Of a stretch of DNA of 64,000 nt, positions 29,973 through 39,265 are shown piece by piece. Under the pieces are notes generated by a model. The model saw nothing but the letters and a program-made list of their open reading frames with translations. It was not told the origin of the DNA and ran no database searches. Every line of letters starts with the position of its first letter. Position 1 is the stretch's first letter. Source of the stretch: an uncultured Candidatus Saccharibacteria bacterium (lineage in GTDB: Bacteria; Patescibacteriota; Minisyncoccia; Phycocordibacterales; Zambryskibacteraceae); the NCBI GenBank assembly GCA_964349945.1, contig CAYGIH010000002.1:125492-189491 (forward strand). Reading direction: 5' to 3'. Position numbers and translations under genes: made by a program.

Positions 29973-30392
29973 ATGTTAGCTCCAAAAAAAGTTAAATATC
30001 GAAAGTGGCACACTATGCGCAAGAATCCAAAGAAGGTTGGAGCTGCTACTCGTGGAGTGACCATTGCTTTTGGTTCTTTTGGGATAAAGGCTCTTGCTCC
30101 TATGCGTATTCGTTCAAATCAACTTGAAGCAGCTAGAAAAGTACTTTCAAAAGCTTTGGGTAAAACTGGTCGTCTTTGGATTCGCATTTTCCCCGACATG
30201 CCTTATACTGCAAAGCCAGCCGAAGTGAAATTAGGAAAGGGTAAGGGAGATTTGCAAGGCTATGTAGCTCCAGTTCGAGCAGGAACAGTCATTTTTGAAG
30301 TAGATGGGGTGACTGATGCTGTGGCCAAGGAGGCACTTCGCAAGGCGGGCACCAAGCTTCCGGTGAAGGTTAAAATCGTAGCCCGAATGTAA
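29973..30392 (+). CDS. rplP: Ribosomal protein L16
   Basis: Conserved L16 sequence. Confidence 0.92.
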   Translation: MLAPKKVKYRKWHTMRKNPKKVGAATRGVTIAFGSFGIKALAPMRIRSNQLEAARKVLSKALGKTGRLWIRIFPDMPYTAKPAEVKLGKGKGDLQGYVAPVRAGTVIFEVDGVTDAVAKEALRKAGTKLPVKVKIVARM

Positions 30393-30398
30393 TATTTT

Positions 30399-30584
30399 AT
30401 GAAAAAGACAACCTACCTCAATAAACCAACAGCCGAACTACAGAAAACTCTAAAGGAAAAGAGAGTGGTTCTTCGAGATTTTCGTTTTGCTGTGGCTGGT
30501 TCAAAGACCAGAAATGTGAAGGAAGGAAAACAGGCACGCAAGGAAATTGCACGTATAATGACAGAAATCAATAGACAGAAATAA
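30399..30584 (+). CDS. rpmC: Ribosomal protein L29
   Basis: 61 aa with the L29 helical pattern. Operon position. Confidence 0.85.
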   Translation: MKKTTYLNKPTAELQKTLKEKRVVLRDFRFAVAGSKTRNVKEGKQARKEIARIMTEINRQK

Positions 30585-30589
30585 ATTTT

Positions 30590-30832
30590 ATGACTAAAAA
30601 AACCCTTACAAAGAAAAAAACTTTCACTGGTACCGTCGTCTCAGACAAGATGAAGGATACTGTGGTAGTGCTTGTAGAAAGATATGAAAAGCATCCAAAG
30701 TACGGTAAGTTTGTGAAGCACAAGAAGAAATTCAAGGCTCATGATGCAGGTAATACGAAGAAAATTGGAGAGAAAGTTTCTATCCAAGAAACAAAACCAA
30801 TTTCAAAGGATAAGAAATTCATAATTATTTAA
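30590..30832 (+). CDS. rpsQ: Ribosomal protein S17
   Basis: GTVVSDKMKDTVVVLVER pattern. Confidence 0.9.
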   Translation: MTKKTLTKKKTFTGTVVSDKMKDTVVVLVERYEKHPKYGKFVKHKKKFKAHDAGNTKKIGEKVSIQETKPISKDKKFIII

Positions 30833-30838
30833 ACTTTT

Positions 30839-31210
30839 ATGGTTCAACCACAATCAATAGTTCAAATAGCTGACAACTCTGGAGGAAAAATCGGAAGAGT
30901 TTTCAAAGTGCTTGGTTCATCAAAGAAACGCTATGCAACCATCGGTGAGATTGTGGTTCTTTCTGTTCAAAAAGCAGAACCTAGAAAGACAGTGAAGAAA
31001 AAAGATATCCTCTATGCAGTAGTCGTTCGACAAGTGGCTCCGTTTCGTCGAGCTGATGGTTCGTATATAAGGTTTGATGAGAATGCAGTGGTGATTTTGG
31101 ATAAAGCTAAAAAGGAACCTCAAGCAGGACGTGTGTTCGGTCCAATCCCTAGGGAAATTGGAGAAAAAGGTTTCCAAAAGATTATTTCCTTGGCCCAAGA
31201 AGTTGTATAA
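30839..31210 (+). CDS. rplN: Ribosomal protein L14
   Basis: MVQPQSIVQIADNSG N-terminus. Confidence 0.95.
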   Translation: MVQPQSIVQIADNSGGKIGRVFKVLGSSKKRYATIGEIVVLSVQKAEPRKTVKKKDILYAVVVRQVAPFRRADGSYIRFDENAVVILDKAKKEPQAGRVFGPIPREIGEKGFQKIISLAQEVV

Positions 31211-31214
31211 ATAT

Positions 31215-31472
31215 ATGAAAATCAAAAAGAACGACAACGTCATAATCCTCTCAGGCAAAGACAAAGGCAAAACAGGCAAGGTTTTGAAGGCTCTTCCTCG
31301 TGAACTTAAAATAGTTGTAGAGGGTATAAATATTCGTAAGATGCACAAGAAGGCCACTAGAGCAGAAGGCAAGGGTCAGATTATAGAGCGAGCTTATCCA
31401 ATCCACGCTTCAACAGCATCACTTATTGATCCAAAGACAAACAAGGCTACTCGCAAGCGACCTCTAAAATAA
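31215..31472 (+). CDS. rplX: Ribosomal protein L24
   Basis: MKIKKNDNVIILSGKDKGKTGKV (KOW motif). Internal start chosen over the longer ORF 31131. Confidence 0.88.
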   Translation: MKIKKNDNVIILSGKDKGKTGKVLKALPRELKIVVEGINIRKMHKKATRAEGKGQIIERAYPIHASTASLIDPKTNKATRKRPLK

Positions 31473-31476
31473 ATTT

Positions 31477-32010
31477 ATGGAAACATTAAAAACAAAAATT
31501 GAAAAGGCATTTGATACTTTGAAGAAGACTCAAGGTTATAAGAACAAAATGCAATCACCAAAGATTAAAAAGGTGGTTATTTCTGTTGGAGTTGGTTCAA
31601 TCAAGGATAAGGCTAAAATAAAACTCATTGCTGATAGGTTGGCAAAAATCACAGGTCAAAAAGCAGCAGAGAGAACAGCCAAGATTGCTATCGCTGGATT
31701 TAAATCAAGACAAGGAGATATGATTGGATACCAAGTGACTCTTCGTGGTGCGAGAATGTATGATTTCCTTGAGAAGCTTATTCATATCTCTCTTCCTAGA
31801 ACCAAAGACTTCAGAGGTATTAATCGAGATTCAGCTGATGGGATGGGGAACTATACTCTAGGTATCAAAGAACATACTATCTTCCCAGAAACTGCAGATG
31901 AAGATATCAAGGATGTTTTTGGTTTGGCTATCACTATTGTCACTACAGCCAAATCAAAGTCAGAAGTACAAGCCTTTCTCGACTATCTCGGTTTTCCTTT
32001 CAAAAAATAG
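31477..32010 (+). CDS. rplE: Ribosomal protein L5
   Basis: Conserved L5 sequence. Confidence 0.92.
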   Translation: METLKTKIEKAFDTLKKTQGYKNKMQSPKIKKVVISVGVGSIKDKAKIKLIADRLAKITGQKAAERTAKIAIAGFKSRQGDMIGYQVTLRGARMYDFLEKLIHISLPRTKDFRGINRDSADGMGNYTLGIKEHTIFPETADEDIKDVFGLAITIVTTAKSKSEVQAFLDYLGFPFKK

Positions 32011-32029
32011 AACTCAATAAATAGTTATC

Positions 32030-32058
32030 TTGACAATACACCTCAAACGGTGTATTTT
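32030..32058 (+). promoter_or_regulatory. Promoter TTGACA-N17-TATTTT with palindrome ACACC-N6-GGTGT (32038-32053) in the spacer; second palindrome GGTGT-GTG-ACACC (32085-32097) over SD/start codon
   Basis: Seen directly in the sequence. Operator-like dyads overlap the promoter and the translation start. Confidence 0.5.
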
Positions 32059-32089
32059 CTTTTGAGAAAAACCTAACGCCGGAGGGTGT

Positions 32090-32710
32090 GTGACACCAAA
32101 CATTAGTTTTTGGATGCAGGTGTTGGGTGGTACTTTTTACACTCTGAATAAGATCTTCTTCAGCTTTAAGGAGAGAAGTAGTGGAGAAAGAGCGCGTCAG
32201 TGGAGAATCTGGGCCTGGATTGTGTATATCATCGGCTTGGCTCCCTGGCTCGTGATTCTCTCACACGAGAGGAATTGGATGGTGACCTTCGTCGAAGCGG
32301 GCGGAGCTCCTGCAATGTTTCTTGGGCTCATCCTTGCTTTTCGTAGGGCTGATGATCATCCAAGTGAACAGAACAAAAGGCTCGAGAACTTTTTCGACAA
32401 GTTTGCCCGAGTTGCAGCGGTTCTCGGTATCGCCTTTAGTCTTTATGATGTTGGCTTGATGAAGTCGTGGACACAGTGGGCTGAGCTTGGAGTGACGATT
32501 GGTTTCTTGGTTGGGACATATCGTTTGGCCAAGGATCATTTGGATGGTTACCTCTGGTTCTTACTCATGAATTTTTCCTGCTGTGTGCTCATGAACCTAC
32601 AAGGATACAAGTGGCTGGCATTTCAGCAGTTGTTGTCCCTTGTGTTTGTCCTCGATGCTTACAAGGTGAAGAAGTACAGACCCACAGATCCATATTGGTA
32701 TGTTCCTTGA
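32090..32710 (+). CDS. High-GC (about 52%) polytopic membrane protein, GTG start; family unclear (weak PnuC-like features)
   Basis: GGAGG at 32081-32085, GTG at 32090. 5-6 TM helices, Trp-rich (WRIWAW, ERNWMV). Confidence 0.5.
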   Translation: MTPNISFWMQVLGGTFYTLNKIFFSFKERSSGERARQWRIWAWIVYIIGLAPWLVILSHERNWMVTFVEAGGAPAMFLGLILAFRRADDHPSEQNKRLENFFDKFARVAAVLGIAFSLYDVGLMKSWTQWAELGVTIGFLVGTYRLAKDHLDGYLWFLLMNFSCCVLMNLQGYKWLAFQQLLSLVFVLDAYKVKKYRPTDPYWYVP

Positions 32711-32735
32711 CCGACGATGTTGTCGGTCTTTTTAT
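32709..32735 (+). terminator. Intrinsic terminator GACCGAC-GATGTT-GTCGGTCTTTTT
   Basis: Perfect 7-bp stem plus T5. Confidence 0.7.
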
Positions 32736-32763
32736 TGACTATATTTTGCTATAAGGTTATATT
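32735..32763 (+). promoter_or_regulatory. Consensus promoter TTGACT-N17-TATATT
   Basis: TTGACT at 32735-32740, TATATT at 32758-32763. Confidence 0.6.
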
Positions 32764-32803
32764 TTGTCGAGATTTTTTGTTCACATGTACATTTGGAGGA
32801 AGG

Positions 32804-33097
32804 ATGCCGAAACGTTTTGTGATTCTTAGCAACCCGAGCGAGTTTGAACTCATCATGTCGCTCTGGGACAGGAAATCTGGTCCGAGATCAGTACGTTTTG
32901 ACTGTATCGAGAACATTGAAGACGATGCAGACAAGGAAGTGACTTTCGAAGTTCACATCCTTCTCCTGAGGCGGGATCGTACGAACTCTCATGAATGGAC
33001 CTTCAGGGGAGTAATTGAGGAGACCAACGAGGAAGTTAGTGGTCTTTGTTCCACTGATTCTGAAGATCGAGGAGAGTACGTTCTCATCTTTGCTTAA
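32804..33097 (+). CDS. Mid-GC small acidic hypothetical protein (98 aa)
   Basis: GGAGG at 32795-32799, ATG at 32804 (MPKRFVILSN...). Terminator at 33098-33121. Confidence 0.5.
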   Translation: MPKRFVILSNPSEFELIMSLWDRKSGPRSVRFDCIENIEDDADKEVTFEVHILLLRRDRTNSHEWTFRGVIEETNEEVSGLCSTDSEDRGEYVLIFA

Positions 33098-33152
33098 CCA
33101 CGCTCTGGTCGTGGTTTTTTTATATAAAAAATCCGCCTAGTTTCAGGCGGAT
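33098..33152. terminator. Back-to-back terminators (+: ACCACG-CTCTGGT-CGTGGTTTTTTT; -: ATCCGCCT-GAAACT-AGGCGGATTTTTT)
   Basis: Convergent cassette genes end here. Confidence 0.6.
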
Positions 33153-33334
33153 GTTGCGTGGACTGGGACGGGCTTAGGTTCTTGTATTTCGGATTCTTCT
33201 TGATCTGGGAAGCAGATCATCGCGAAGCCTTCAGCAGCAGCTTCCAAAAAGAGGATAGCATCCTCTGCGCTACTGGTTAGGGCTTTCATGAGGTCTCTTA
33301 CTTCCTGATCATCTTCGGACCAAGCAGGCGCCAT
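33143..33334 (-). CDS. Small acidic hypothetical protein (63 aa)
   Basis: Minus-strand promoter TTGTCA (33397-33402)-N17-TATATT (33374-33379). GGAG SD 5 nt before ATG at 33334. The longer ORF to 33511 is rejected. Confidence 0.45.
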   Translation of the reverse strand: MAPAWSEDDQEVRDLMKALTSSAEDAILFLEAAAEGFAMICFPDQEESEIQEPKPVPVHATSA

Positions 33335-33458
33335 CACGTCTCCATGTGTTGAGGAACTGGGGGGTCCAGGCTCAATATAGCTAAAATCACTAGGTTTGAC
33401 AAGATAGGGCTTTATGATAAGCTGAATTACCAGCTTTTCGAAGCTATTTTTATTCAAT

Positions 33459-33644
33459 ATGGCCAAAACGTCAGTTAAAGCTAGAGCAAGAAAAACACCC
33501 AAGTTCAGCACTCGGGCTACTCATCGTTGCTTTAAATGTGGCCGAGGACGGGGCTATATGAGGGATTTCGACCTTTGCCGTATATGTTTTAGAGAATTGG
33601 CTAATGAGGGCAAAATCCCAGGGATAAAGAAATCTTCTTGGTAA
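33459..33644 (+). CDS. rpsN: Ribosomal protein S14 (zinc-binding type Z)
   Basis: 61 aa with CxxC...CxxC (CFKCGR...CRICFRE). Confidence 0.9.
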   Translation: MAKTSVKARARKTPKFSTRATHRCFKCGRGRGYMRDFDLCRICFRELANEGKIPGIKKSSW

Positions 33645-33657
33645 TTCAATAAAAACT

Positions 33658-34044
33658 ATGGATCCTATCGCAAACATGATTACTCAGATAAAAAATGCCG
33701 GCAACGCTGGCAGAGACACTGTTTTGGTGCCATTTTCTAGTATTAAAGAAAATATTGCCAACGTTTTAAAGGCAGAAGGTTTTATAAAGTCAGCAGAAAA
33801 GAAAATGGTTCTAAAGAAGCCAATGCTTGAAATAGGTCTTATTATTGAGAATCGTATTCCAAAAGTTAAAGGTGTCCAAAGAATTTCAAAGACTTCAAAG
33901 AGAATTTACAAAAAATCATCAGAAATTCGTCCAATTAAAAATGGTTATGGTGCTCTCGTTCTTTCTACCCCCAAGGGTGTGATGAGTGGTAGAGATGCAA
34001 GGAAAGCTAAACTAGGCGGGGAAGTCCTCTTTTCAATCTGGTAA
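33658..34044 (+). CDS. rpsH: Ribosomal protein S8
   Basis: MDPIANMITQIKNA N-terminus. Confidence 0.92.
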   Translation: MDPIANMITQIKNAGNAGRDTVLVPFSSIKENIANVLKAEGFIKSAEKKMVLKKPMLEIGLIIENRIPKVKGVQRISKTSKRIYKKSSEIRPIKNGYGALVLSTPKGVMSGRDARKAKLGGEVLFSIW

Positions 34045-34050
34045 AAATAT

Positions 34051-34584
34051 ATGTCACGAATCGGAAAACAAATTATAAATATCCCAACAGGCACAGAAGT
34101 AAAACTCTCTGGTTCTTTGGTTAGCGTGAAGGGTCCTCTTGGAGAACTTACAAAAACTTTTGATCCTATAATCGAAGTGAATATAAATGGCGCAGAAGTC
34201 ACTCTTGTTCCCAAGAAGGAAACTCTAGAATCAAGAGCTCTTTGGGGTACATATGCTGCCCATTTGAAAAACATGGTTAATGGCGTGAACAAACCTTTTG
34301 AACGCAAGCTCATCCTTGAAGGTATTGGTTTCAAATCAGAAGTAAAGGGAGAGGTGATCAATCTCGCTCTTGGTTTTTCTCATCCTGTGAATGTTCAAAT
34401 ACCAGCAGGGTTAAAGGTCACTGCAGAAAAAAATCTCATTACTATTTCAGGTATGAACAAGGAAGCAGTGGGACAATTTGCAGCCCAACTTCGTGCTTTA
34501 AAGAAACCAGAACCATATAAGGGCAAGGGTATGCGCTATGATGACGAAGTCATTAAACGCAAGCAAGGCAAGAAATCAGCATAA
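34051..34584 (+). CDS. rplF: Ribosomal protein L6
   Basis: MSRIGKQIINIP N-terminus with two L6 repeats. Confidence 0.92.
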   Translation: MSRIGKQIINIPTGTEVKLSGSLVSVKGPLGELTKTFDPIIEVNINGAEVTLVPKKETLESRALWGTYAAHLKNMVNGVNKPFERKLILEGIGFKSEVKGEVINLALGFSHPVNVQIPAGLKVTAEKNLITISGMNKEAVGQFAAQLRALKKPEPYKGKGMRYDDEVIKRKQGKKSA

Positions 34585-34588
34585 AAAC

Positions 34589-34912
34589 ATGTCTAAAACT
34601 CCAACAACAAAAGAAAAACGAGTTCGCAAGCATAAGAAAATTCGTACTGAAGTTTCTGGTACTGCTACCCGACCAAGACTTTGTGTTTTCAAATCAAACA
34701 CCGCTCTTTATGCACAACTCATTGATGATGTCGCGGGTAAAACTCTTGTAGAAGCACATGGCAAGGATGCGAAGAAAGTTGGAGCAGACATAGCCAAAGC
34801 GGGTTTGGCTAAAAAGATAGAAGCAGTAGTGTTTGATAGAGGCGGATATATTTATACAGGCAAAGTTAAGGAGCTTGCAGAAAGTGCCAGAACTGCCGGA
34901 CTTAAATTTTAA
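34589..34912 (+). CDS. rplR: Ribosomal protein L18
   Basis: Start chosen at ATG 34589 (MSKTPTTKEK...), after rplF. The longer ORF 34538 overlaps rplF. Confidence 0.85.
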   Translation: MSKTPTTKEKRVRKHKKIRTEVSGTATRPRLCVFKSNTALYAQLIDDVAGKTLVEAHGKDAKKVGADIAKAGLAKKIEAVVFDRGGYIYTGKVKELAESARTAGLKF

Positions 34913-34916
34913 AATT

Positions 34917-35534
34917 ATGGATGACACACTAAAAATTACAGAAGAAATAATCCCAACAACTGATGCTGTTGTGGCTGTTGTTGATGCTCCCAAAGACAAA
35001 CGTCCAGAGAGAGGAGACAGAGGTCGTGGAGGTAAGGGAGGTAATCGTCGTGGACCAAGACGAGATGGACAACGAACTAAACCAGAATTCGACCAAAAGA
35101 TTGTCAGTTTAAGGAGAGTGACTCGTGTGACTTCAGGAGGACGACGCTTCGCTTTCTCTGTTTGTGTTGTGGCCGGAAACAGAAAGGGTATGGTGGGTGT
35201 GGGACAAGGAAAGGCTTCAGATACTCCACTAGCCATAGAGAAAGCCTTTAGGGATGCTCGCAAGAATATGATTACTGTGAACACCACAAAGAATATGTCT
35301 ATCCCTCATGAGATAAATGCCAAGTATGCAGCTTCAGTAGTGAAGATTATGCCCGCTCCAGGCAAGGGAATCCTTGCAGGAAGTTCAGTGAGAACAGTGC
35401 TCGAGCTCGCGGGTCTAAAAGAAATTTCTTCAAAACTTCTGTCTCGTTCAAAGAATAGTGTGAACAATGCCTATGTAGCCATCGCAGCACTCAAGAAGCT
35501 TGATCATACTAAAATCAGACAATCATCTAAATAA
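34917..35534 (+). CDS. rpsE: Ribosomal protein S5
   Basis: Start at ATG 34917 (MDDTLKIT...). S5 dsRBD and C-terminal domain. Confidence 0.88.
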   Translation: MDDTLKITEEIIPTTDAVVAVVDAPKDKRPERGDRGRGGKGGNRRGPRRDGQRTKPEFDQKIVSLRRVTRVTSGGRRFAFSVCVVAGNRKGMVGVGQGKASDTPLAIEKAFRDARKNMITVNTTKNMSIPHEINAKYAASVVKIMPAPGKGILAGSSVRTVLELAGLKEISSKLLSRSKNSVNNAYVAIAALKKLDHTKIRQSSK

Positions 35535-35539
35535 ATTTT

Positions 35540-35980
35540 ATGCAGACACATTCATTAAAGGCTAGAACAAAACGCGTTACTTCTCAGCAAGTTGGACGTG
35601 GAGGCACAAGAGGTAAGACTAGTGGCAAGGGAACCAAAGGTCAAAATGCTCGTGCAGGACGCAAGAAACGTCCAGAACTCCGAGACTTTATCAAGCGTTT
35701 TCCTAAACTACGAGGTCGTGGTATTTCAGCTTTCAAGTCAATTCAAACCAAGCCACTGGCAGTAAACCTTGGTTCTATAGAATTAGCATTTTCAAATGGT
35801 GAGACAGTAAACAAAGCATCGATTATATCCAAAGGAATTCTCAGCCCAAAGAATAGCAAGAAATCATCAGTAAAAATCCTTGGAGCAGGAACCTTATCGA
35901 AGAAACTAAACTTCGAAGGAGTGTTGGTTTCAGCAAGTGCCAGAAAGGCAATTGAAGCGGTTGGTGGTACTATAAAGTAA
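35540..35980 (+). CDS. rplO: Ribosomal protein L15
   Basis: Gly/Arg-rich N-terminus typical of L15. It follows rpsE directly, so no L30 gene is present. Confidence 0.9.
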   Translation: MQTHSLKARTKRVTSQQVGRGGTRGKTSGKGTKGQNARAGRKKRPELRDFIKRFPKLRGRGISAFKSIQTKPLAVNLGSIELAFSNGETVNKASIISKGILSPKNSKKSSVKILGAGTLSKKLNFEGVLVSASARKAIEAVGGTIK

Positions 35981-35984
35981 ATTT

Positions 35985-37256
35985 ATGAATGCGTTAGTAC
36001 AAAAATTAAAACTGGTGTTCGGGGATCCGACGCTCAGAACTCGTTTACTTATTACTCTTGGGATTTTAGTTGCGACCAGAGTACTTGCAGTTATACCTAT
36101 CCCAGGGATAGATGCTCTTAAACTTCAGAGCCTTTTCGCTGGTAACCAATTTTTGAGTCTTTTGAATATGTTTTCAGGAGGAGGACTTTCTACTCTTTCT
36201 ATAGTGATGCTCGGTGTTGGTCCATACATCACCGCTTCTATCATCATGCAACTCATGACTCTTATGGTGCCAAAACTCAAATCAATGTATCAGGAGGAAG
36301 GAGATGCTGGTCGAAGGAAATTTGCCCAGTGGTCAAGGATTATTACTATCCCTCTTGCTTTAATCCAAGGTTACAGCTTTATACTACTTTTCCAGAAACA
36401 AGGAGTGTTGCCAGCGCTTTCTATGTCTGCTCTCGCTCTTGATTTGTTAGTAATCGTCGCCGGTTCAATGTTGCTTGTTTGGTTAGGAGAACTTATTAGT
36501 GAGTTTGGAGCAGGAAACGGAGTTTCCCTTATTATCTTTGCTGGTATAGTTTCGACCTTCCCTGCAAACTTGGGACAACTAGCATTTACTTTTGATCCAT
36601 CTCAGATACCGGTATATGTTGCATCATTAGTTCTTACTCTTCTGGTTATATTCGGTGTCGTCTATGTGACAGAAGCAGAGAGACCAATCCCAGTCACTTA
36701 TGCAAAACAATCAAGGACCGGAGCTTCTACTGGTGGCATAGCTTCATATCTTCCACTCCGGGTAAATCAAGCGGGAGTTATCCCTATAATCTTCGCACTT
36801 TCGATTTTACTCTTTCCTCAAATGATTCTACAGTTCCTTACTGGTGCAAAGGTGGTGGCTGTGGCAAACGCTGCCTCTGTGCTTTTGGGAATTCTTTCTA
36901 ATCAAATATTCTATGCTTGTGCATACTTCGTATTAGTTTTTGCTTTCACTTACTTCTACACTGCAGTTACGTTTGATCCAGATCAGATTGCCACCAATCT
37001 ACAGAAATCTGGAGCCTTTATCCCTGGAGTTCGTCCTGGAGAATCAACTGCACAACATATCTCAAAGATTCTTACTCGCTTAACTCTAGTTGGAGCACTT
37101 TTCCTTGGAGCTATTGCGGTTTTACCTCTAATTCTAAGAGGTATTACTGGGAATCAATCTTTGGCTATTGGTGGTACAGCTCTCCTCATCGTTGTTTCAG
37201 TGGTTATAGATTTGGTGAAGAAAATTGACGCCCAAATTTCAGCTCGCGAATATTAA
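35985..37256 (+). CDS. secY: Preprotein translocase SecY
   Basis: 10-TM SecY with conserved plug/hinge regions. Confidence 0.95.
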   Translation: MNALVQKLKLVFGDPTLRTRLLITLGILVATRVLAVIPIPGIDALKLQSLFAGNQFLSLLNMFSGGGLSTLSIVMLGVGPYITASIIMQLMTLMVPKLKSMYQEEGDAGRRKFAQWSRIITIPLALIQGYSFILLFQKQGVLPALSMSALALDLLVIVAGSMLLVWLGELISEFGAGNGVSLIIFAGIVSTFPANLGQLAFTFDPSQIPVYVASLVLTLLVIFGVVYVTEAERPIPVTYAKQSRTGASTGGIASYLPLRVNQAGVIPIIFALSILLFPQMILQFLTGAKVVAVANAASVLLGILSNQIFYACAYFVLVFAFTYFYTAVTFDPDQIATNLQKSGAFIPGVRPGESTAQHISKILTRLTLVGALFLGAIAVLPLILRGITGNQSLAIGGTALLIVVSVVIDLVKKIDAQISAREY

Positions 37257-37270
37257 GGTAGAATGGAGGT

Positions 37271-37867
37271 ATGCTCCATACAGTAATTTTTATTGGTCGT
37301 TCTGGTTGTGGTAAGGGAACTCAAGCCGGGCTCTTCAAAGATCTCATCTATAAACAGGATTTGGATAGACGTCCAATTCTTTATGCAGAGACTGGAGAGA
37401 GGTTTAGGAGATTTATTAAAGGCACCAGTTTCTCAGCAGATCTTTCAAACAAAATTTACGCTTCTGATGAACGTCAGCCAGATTTTCTTGCCTGTCTAAT
37501 GTGGGGTGGACTTTTGGTTGAAGAGTTAGAGGATAATATGCATTTGGTTTTCGATGGAGCTCCAAGATCAAAAAATGAAGCAGAGATACTCATGACTGCT
37601 CTGGAATTCTATAAGAGAGAAAATGTTACTGTCATTCATATTGATGTCAGTCGCAAATGGTCCGAAGACAGATTGCTCGCAAGAGGAAGAATGGATGATG
37701 TAAATTTGGTGAAAATAAACAAAAGACTTGATTGGTTTGATGCTGATGTGAAGCCTGCGCTTGAATATTTTAAGTCTTTAAAGAATTGTAAATATATAGA
37801 AGTGAATGGTGAACAAACCATAGAAAATGTCTTCAAAGAAATTATAGAGAAGTATAAAAATAAATGA
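37271..37867 (+). CDS. adk: Adenylate kinase
   Basis: P-loop GRSGCGKGTQ in a 198 aa protein. Confidence 0.85.
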   Translation: MLHTVIFIGRSGCGKGTQAGLFKDLIYKQDLDRRPILYAETGERFRRFIKGTSFSADLSNKIYASDERQPDFLACLMWGGLLVEELEDNMHLVFDGAPRSKNEAEILMTALEFYKRENVTVIHIDVSRKWSEDRLLARGRMDDVNLVKINKRLDWFDADVKPALEYFKSLKNCKYIEVNGEQTIENVFKEIIEKYKNK

Positions 37868-38631
37868 TTAAGTTAAAATCTAAAGAAGAAATAGAGATAA
37901 TGAAAGTAGGCGGCGCTCGTCATGCAGAAATTTTAAATGAACTTTCTAAATTGGTAGAGCCAGGAGTCTCAACATTAATATTAGAAGAAGAGGCTAGGAG
38001 ATTAATAAGAGAAAAGGGTGATAAACCCGCCTTTTTGGGGTATCAACCATCTGGAGCCAAAAGACCTTATCCTGCAGCGCTGTGTGTATCCATAAACGAT
38101 GAAATAGTCCACGGAGTACCAAATGAAGCAGAGAGAATATTGAAGCAGGGAGACATTGTTTCTCTTGATTTAGGGCTAATTCATAAAGGGTTGATTACGG
38201 ATGCAGCCATAACCGTACCTGTAGGAGCCATAGATGATGAAGCCAAAGAACTTATAAGGATTACAAAAAAAGCACTTGAAGCGGGGATCAGAGAAGCTAA
38301 GGGAGGCAATACTGTTGGGGATATAGGTCAGGCTATTATGGATGAAGTAAAAAAAACAAAATTTTCTCTAGCCGAAGATTTGGCTGGACACGGAGTTGGT
38401 TATAATGTTCATGAAGATCCATTTGTCCCAAATATTGGGAGAGCAGGTGAAGGAGAAAAATTAGTAGAGGGAATGGTGATTGCTATAGAGCCGATGGTCA
38501 ATGTTGGGAAGGTAGGGATAAAAGTTGCAAGTGATGGTTATACGATTAAAACCAGAGATGGTTCTCGCTCTGCGCATTTTGAACATACTGTAGCAATTAC
38601 AAAAAACGGGAATATTGTTTTAACAAATTAA
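37864..38631 (+). CDS. map: Methionine aminopeptidase type I
   Basis: Pita-bread-fold metal ligands (D, D, H, E, E pattern; HGVGYNVHE). Confidence 0.9.
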   Translation: MIKLKSKEEIEIMKVGGARHAEILNELSKLVEPGVSTLILEEEARRLIREKGDKPAFLGYQPSGAKRPYPAALCVSINDEIVHGVPNEAERILKQGDIVSLDLGLIHKGLITDAAITVPVGAIDDEAKELIRITKKALEAGIREAKGGNTVGDIGQAIMDEVKKTKFSLAEDLAGHGVGYNVHEDPFVPNIGRAGEGEKLVEGMVIAIEPMVNVGKVGIKVASDGYTIKTRDGSRSAHFEHTVAITKNGNIVLTN

Positions 38632-38665
38632 TCTGTTATAATCTCTTTTCAATATAATTATTTTT

Positions 38666-39265
38666 ATGCATCCAAAAAAACAAAGAACATTCGTCGCGGT
38701 TAAACATGATGGAGTACAAAGAGGATTAATAGGAGAAGTTATCACACGTATTGAACGTACAGGATTAAAAGTTATTGCTTTAAAAATGTTTGTACCCACT
38801 CGAGAGAAGGCGATTGAACATTATGGTAAGGATGATGCGTGGTGCGAAGAAAAAGGTGGTCATCTGGTGGAGGGTATGAAAGCCAAAGGAGAAACACCAA
38901 CAAAATCTGCTCTTGAATACGGTCGAGGAATAGTAGAAACAGTTATAAATTATTTCACTATGGGTCCAGTAGTTGGTTTTATCGTTGAAGGAGCTCATGC
39001 GGTTGATGTGGTGAAAAAGTTAGCTGGTAGTACAGAGCCAAGTAAGTCAGATGTAGGGACAATTCGAGGAGACTACAATATTGATTCTTATCTAACAGCT
39101 AATCTTGATAACCGTGCAGTTAGAAATATTTTACACTGCTCTGATAAACCAGAAGAAGCAGAGAGAGAAATAAATATTTGGTTTAAACCAGAGGAGATAA
39201 TCAACTACAGACACATCCAAGAAGAAATTCTCTATGATGTAAATATTGACGGTATTTTGGAGTAG
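38666..39265 (+). CDS. ndk: Nucleoside diphosphate kinase-like protein (long form)
   Basis: TFVAVKHDGVQRGLIGEVI N-terminus and NILHCSD active-site His region. Confidence 0.75.
   Translation: MHPKKQRTFVAVKHDGVQRGLIGEVITRIERTGLKVIALKMFVPTREKAIEHYGKDDAWCEEKGGHLVEGMKAKGETPTKSALEYGRGIVETVINYFTMGPVVGFIVEGAHAVDVVKKLAGSTEPSKSDVGTIRGDYNIDSYLTANLDNRAVRNILHCSDKPEEAEREINIWFKPEEIINYRHIQEEILYDVNIDGILE

Noticed and set aside
31131-31214. Upstream extension of rplX overlapping rplN
   Set aside because: The L24 homology starts at MKIKKNDN (31215). The extension overlaps the rplN coding region.
32090-32710. Confident PnuC (nicotinamide riboside transporter) assignment
   Set aside because: Only loose Trp-rich motif resemblance. 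The spacing of motifs does not match PnuC. It is kept as a generic membrane protein.
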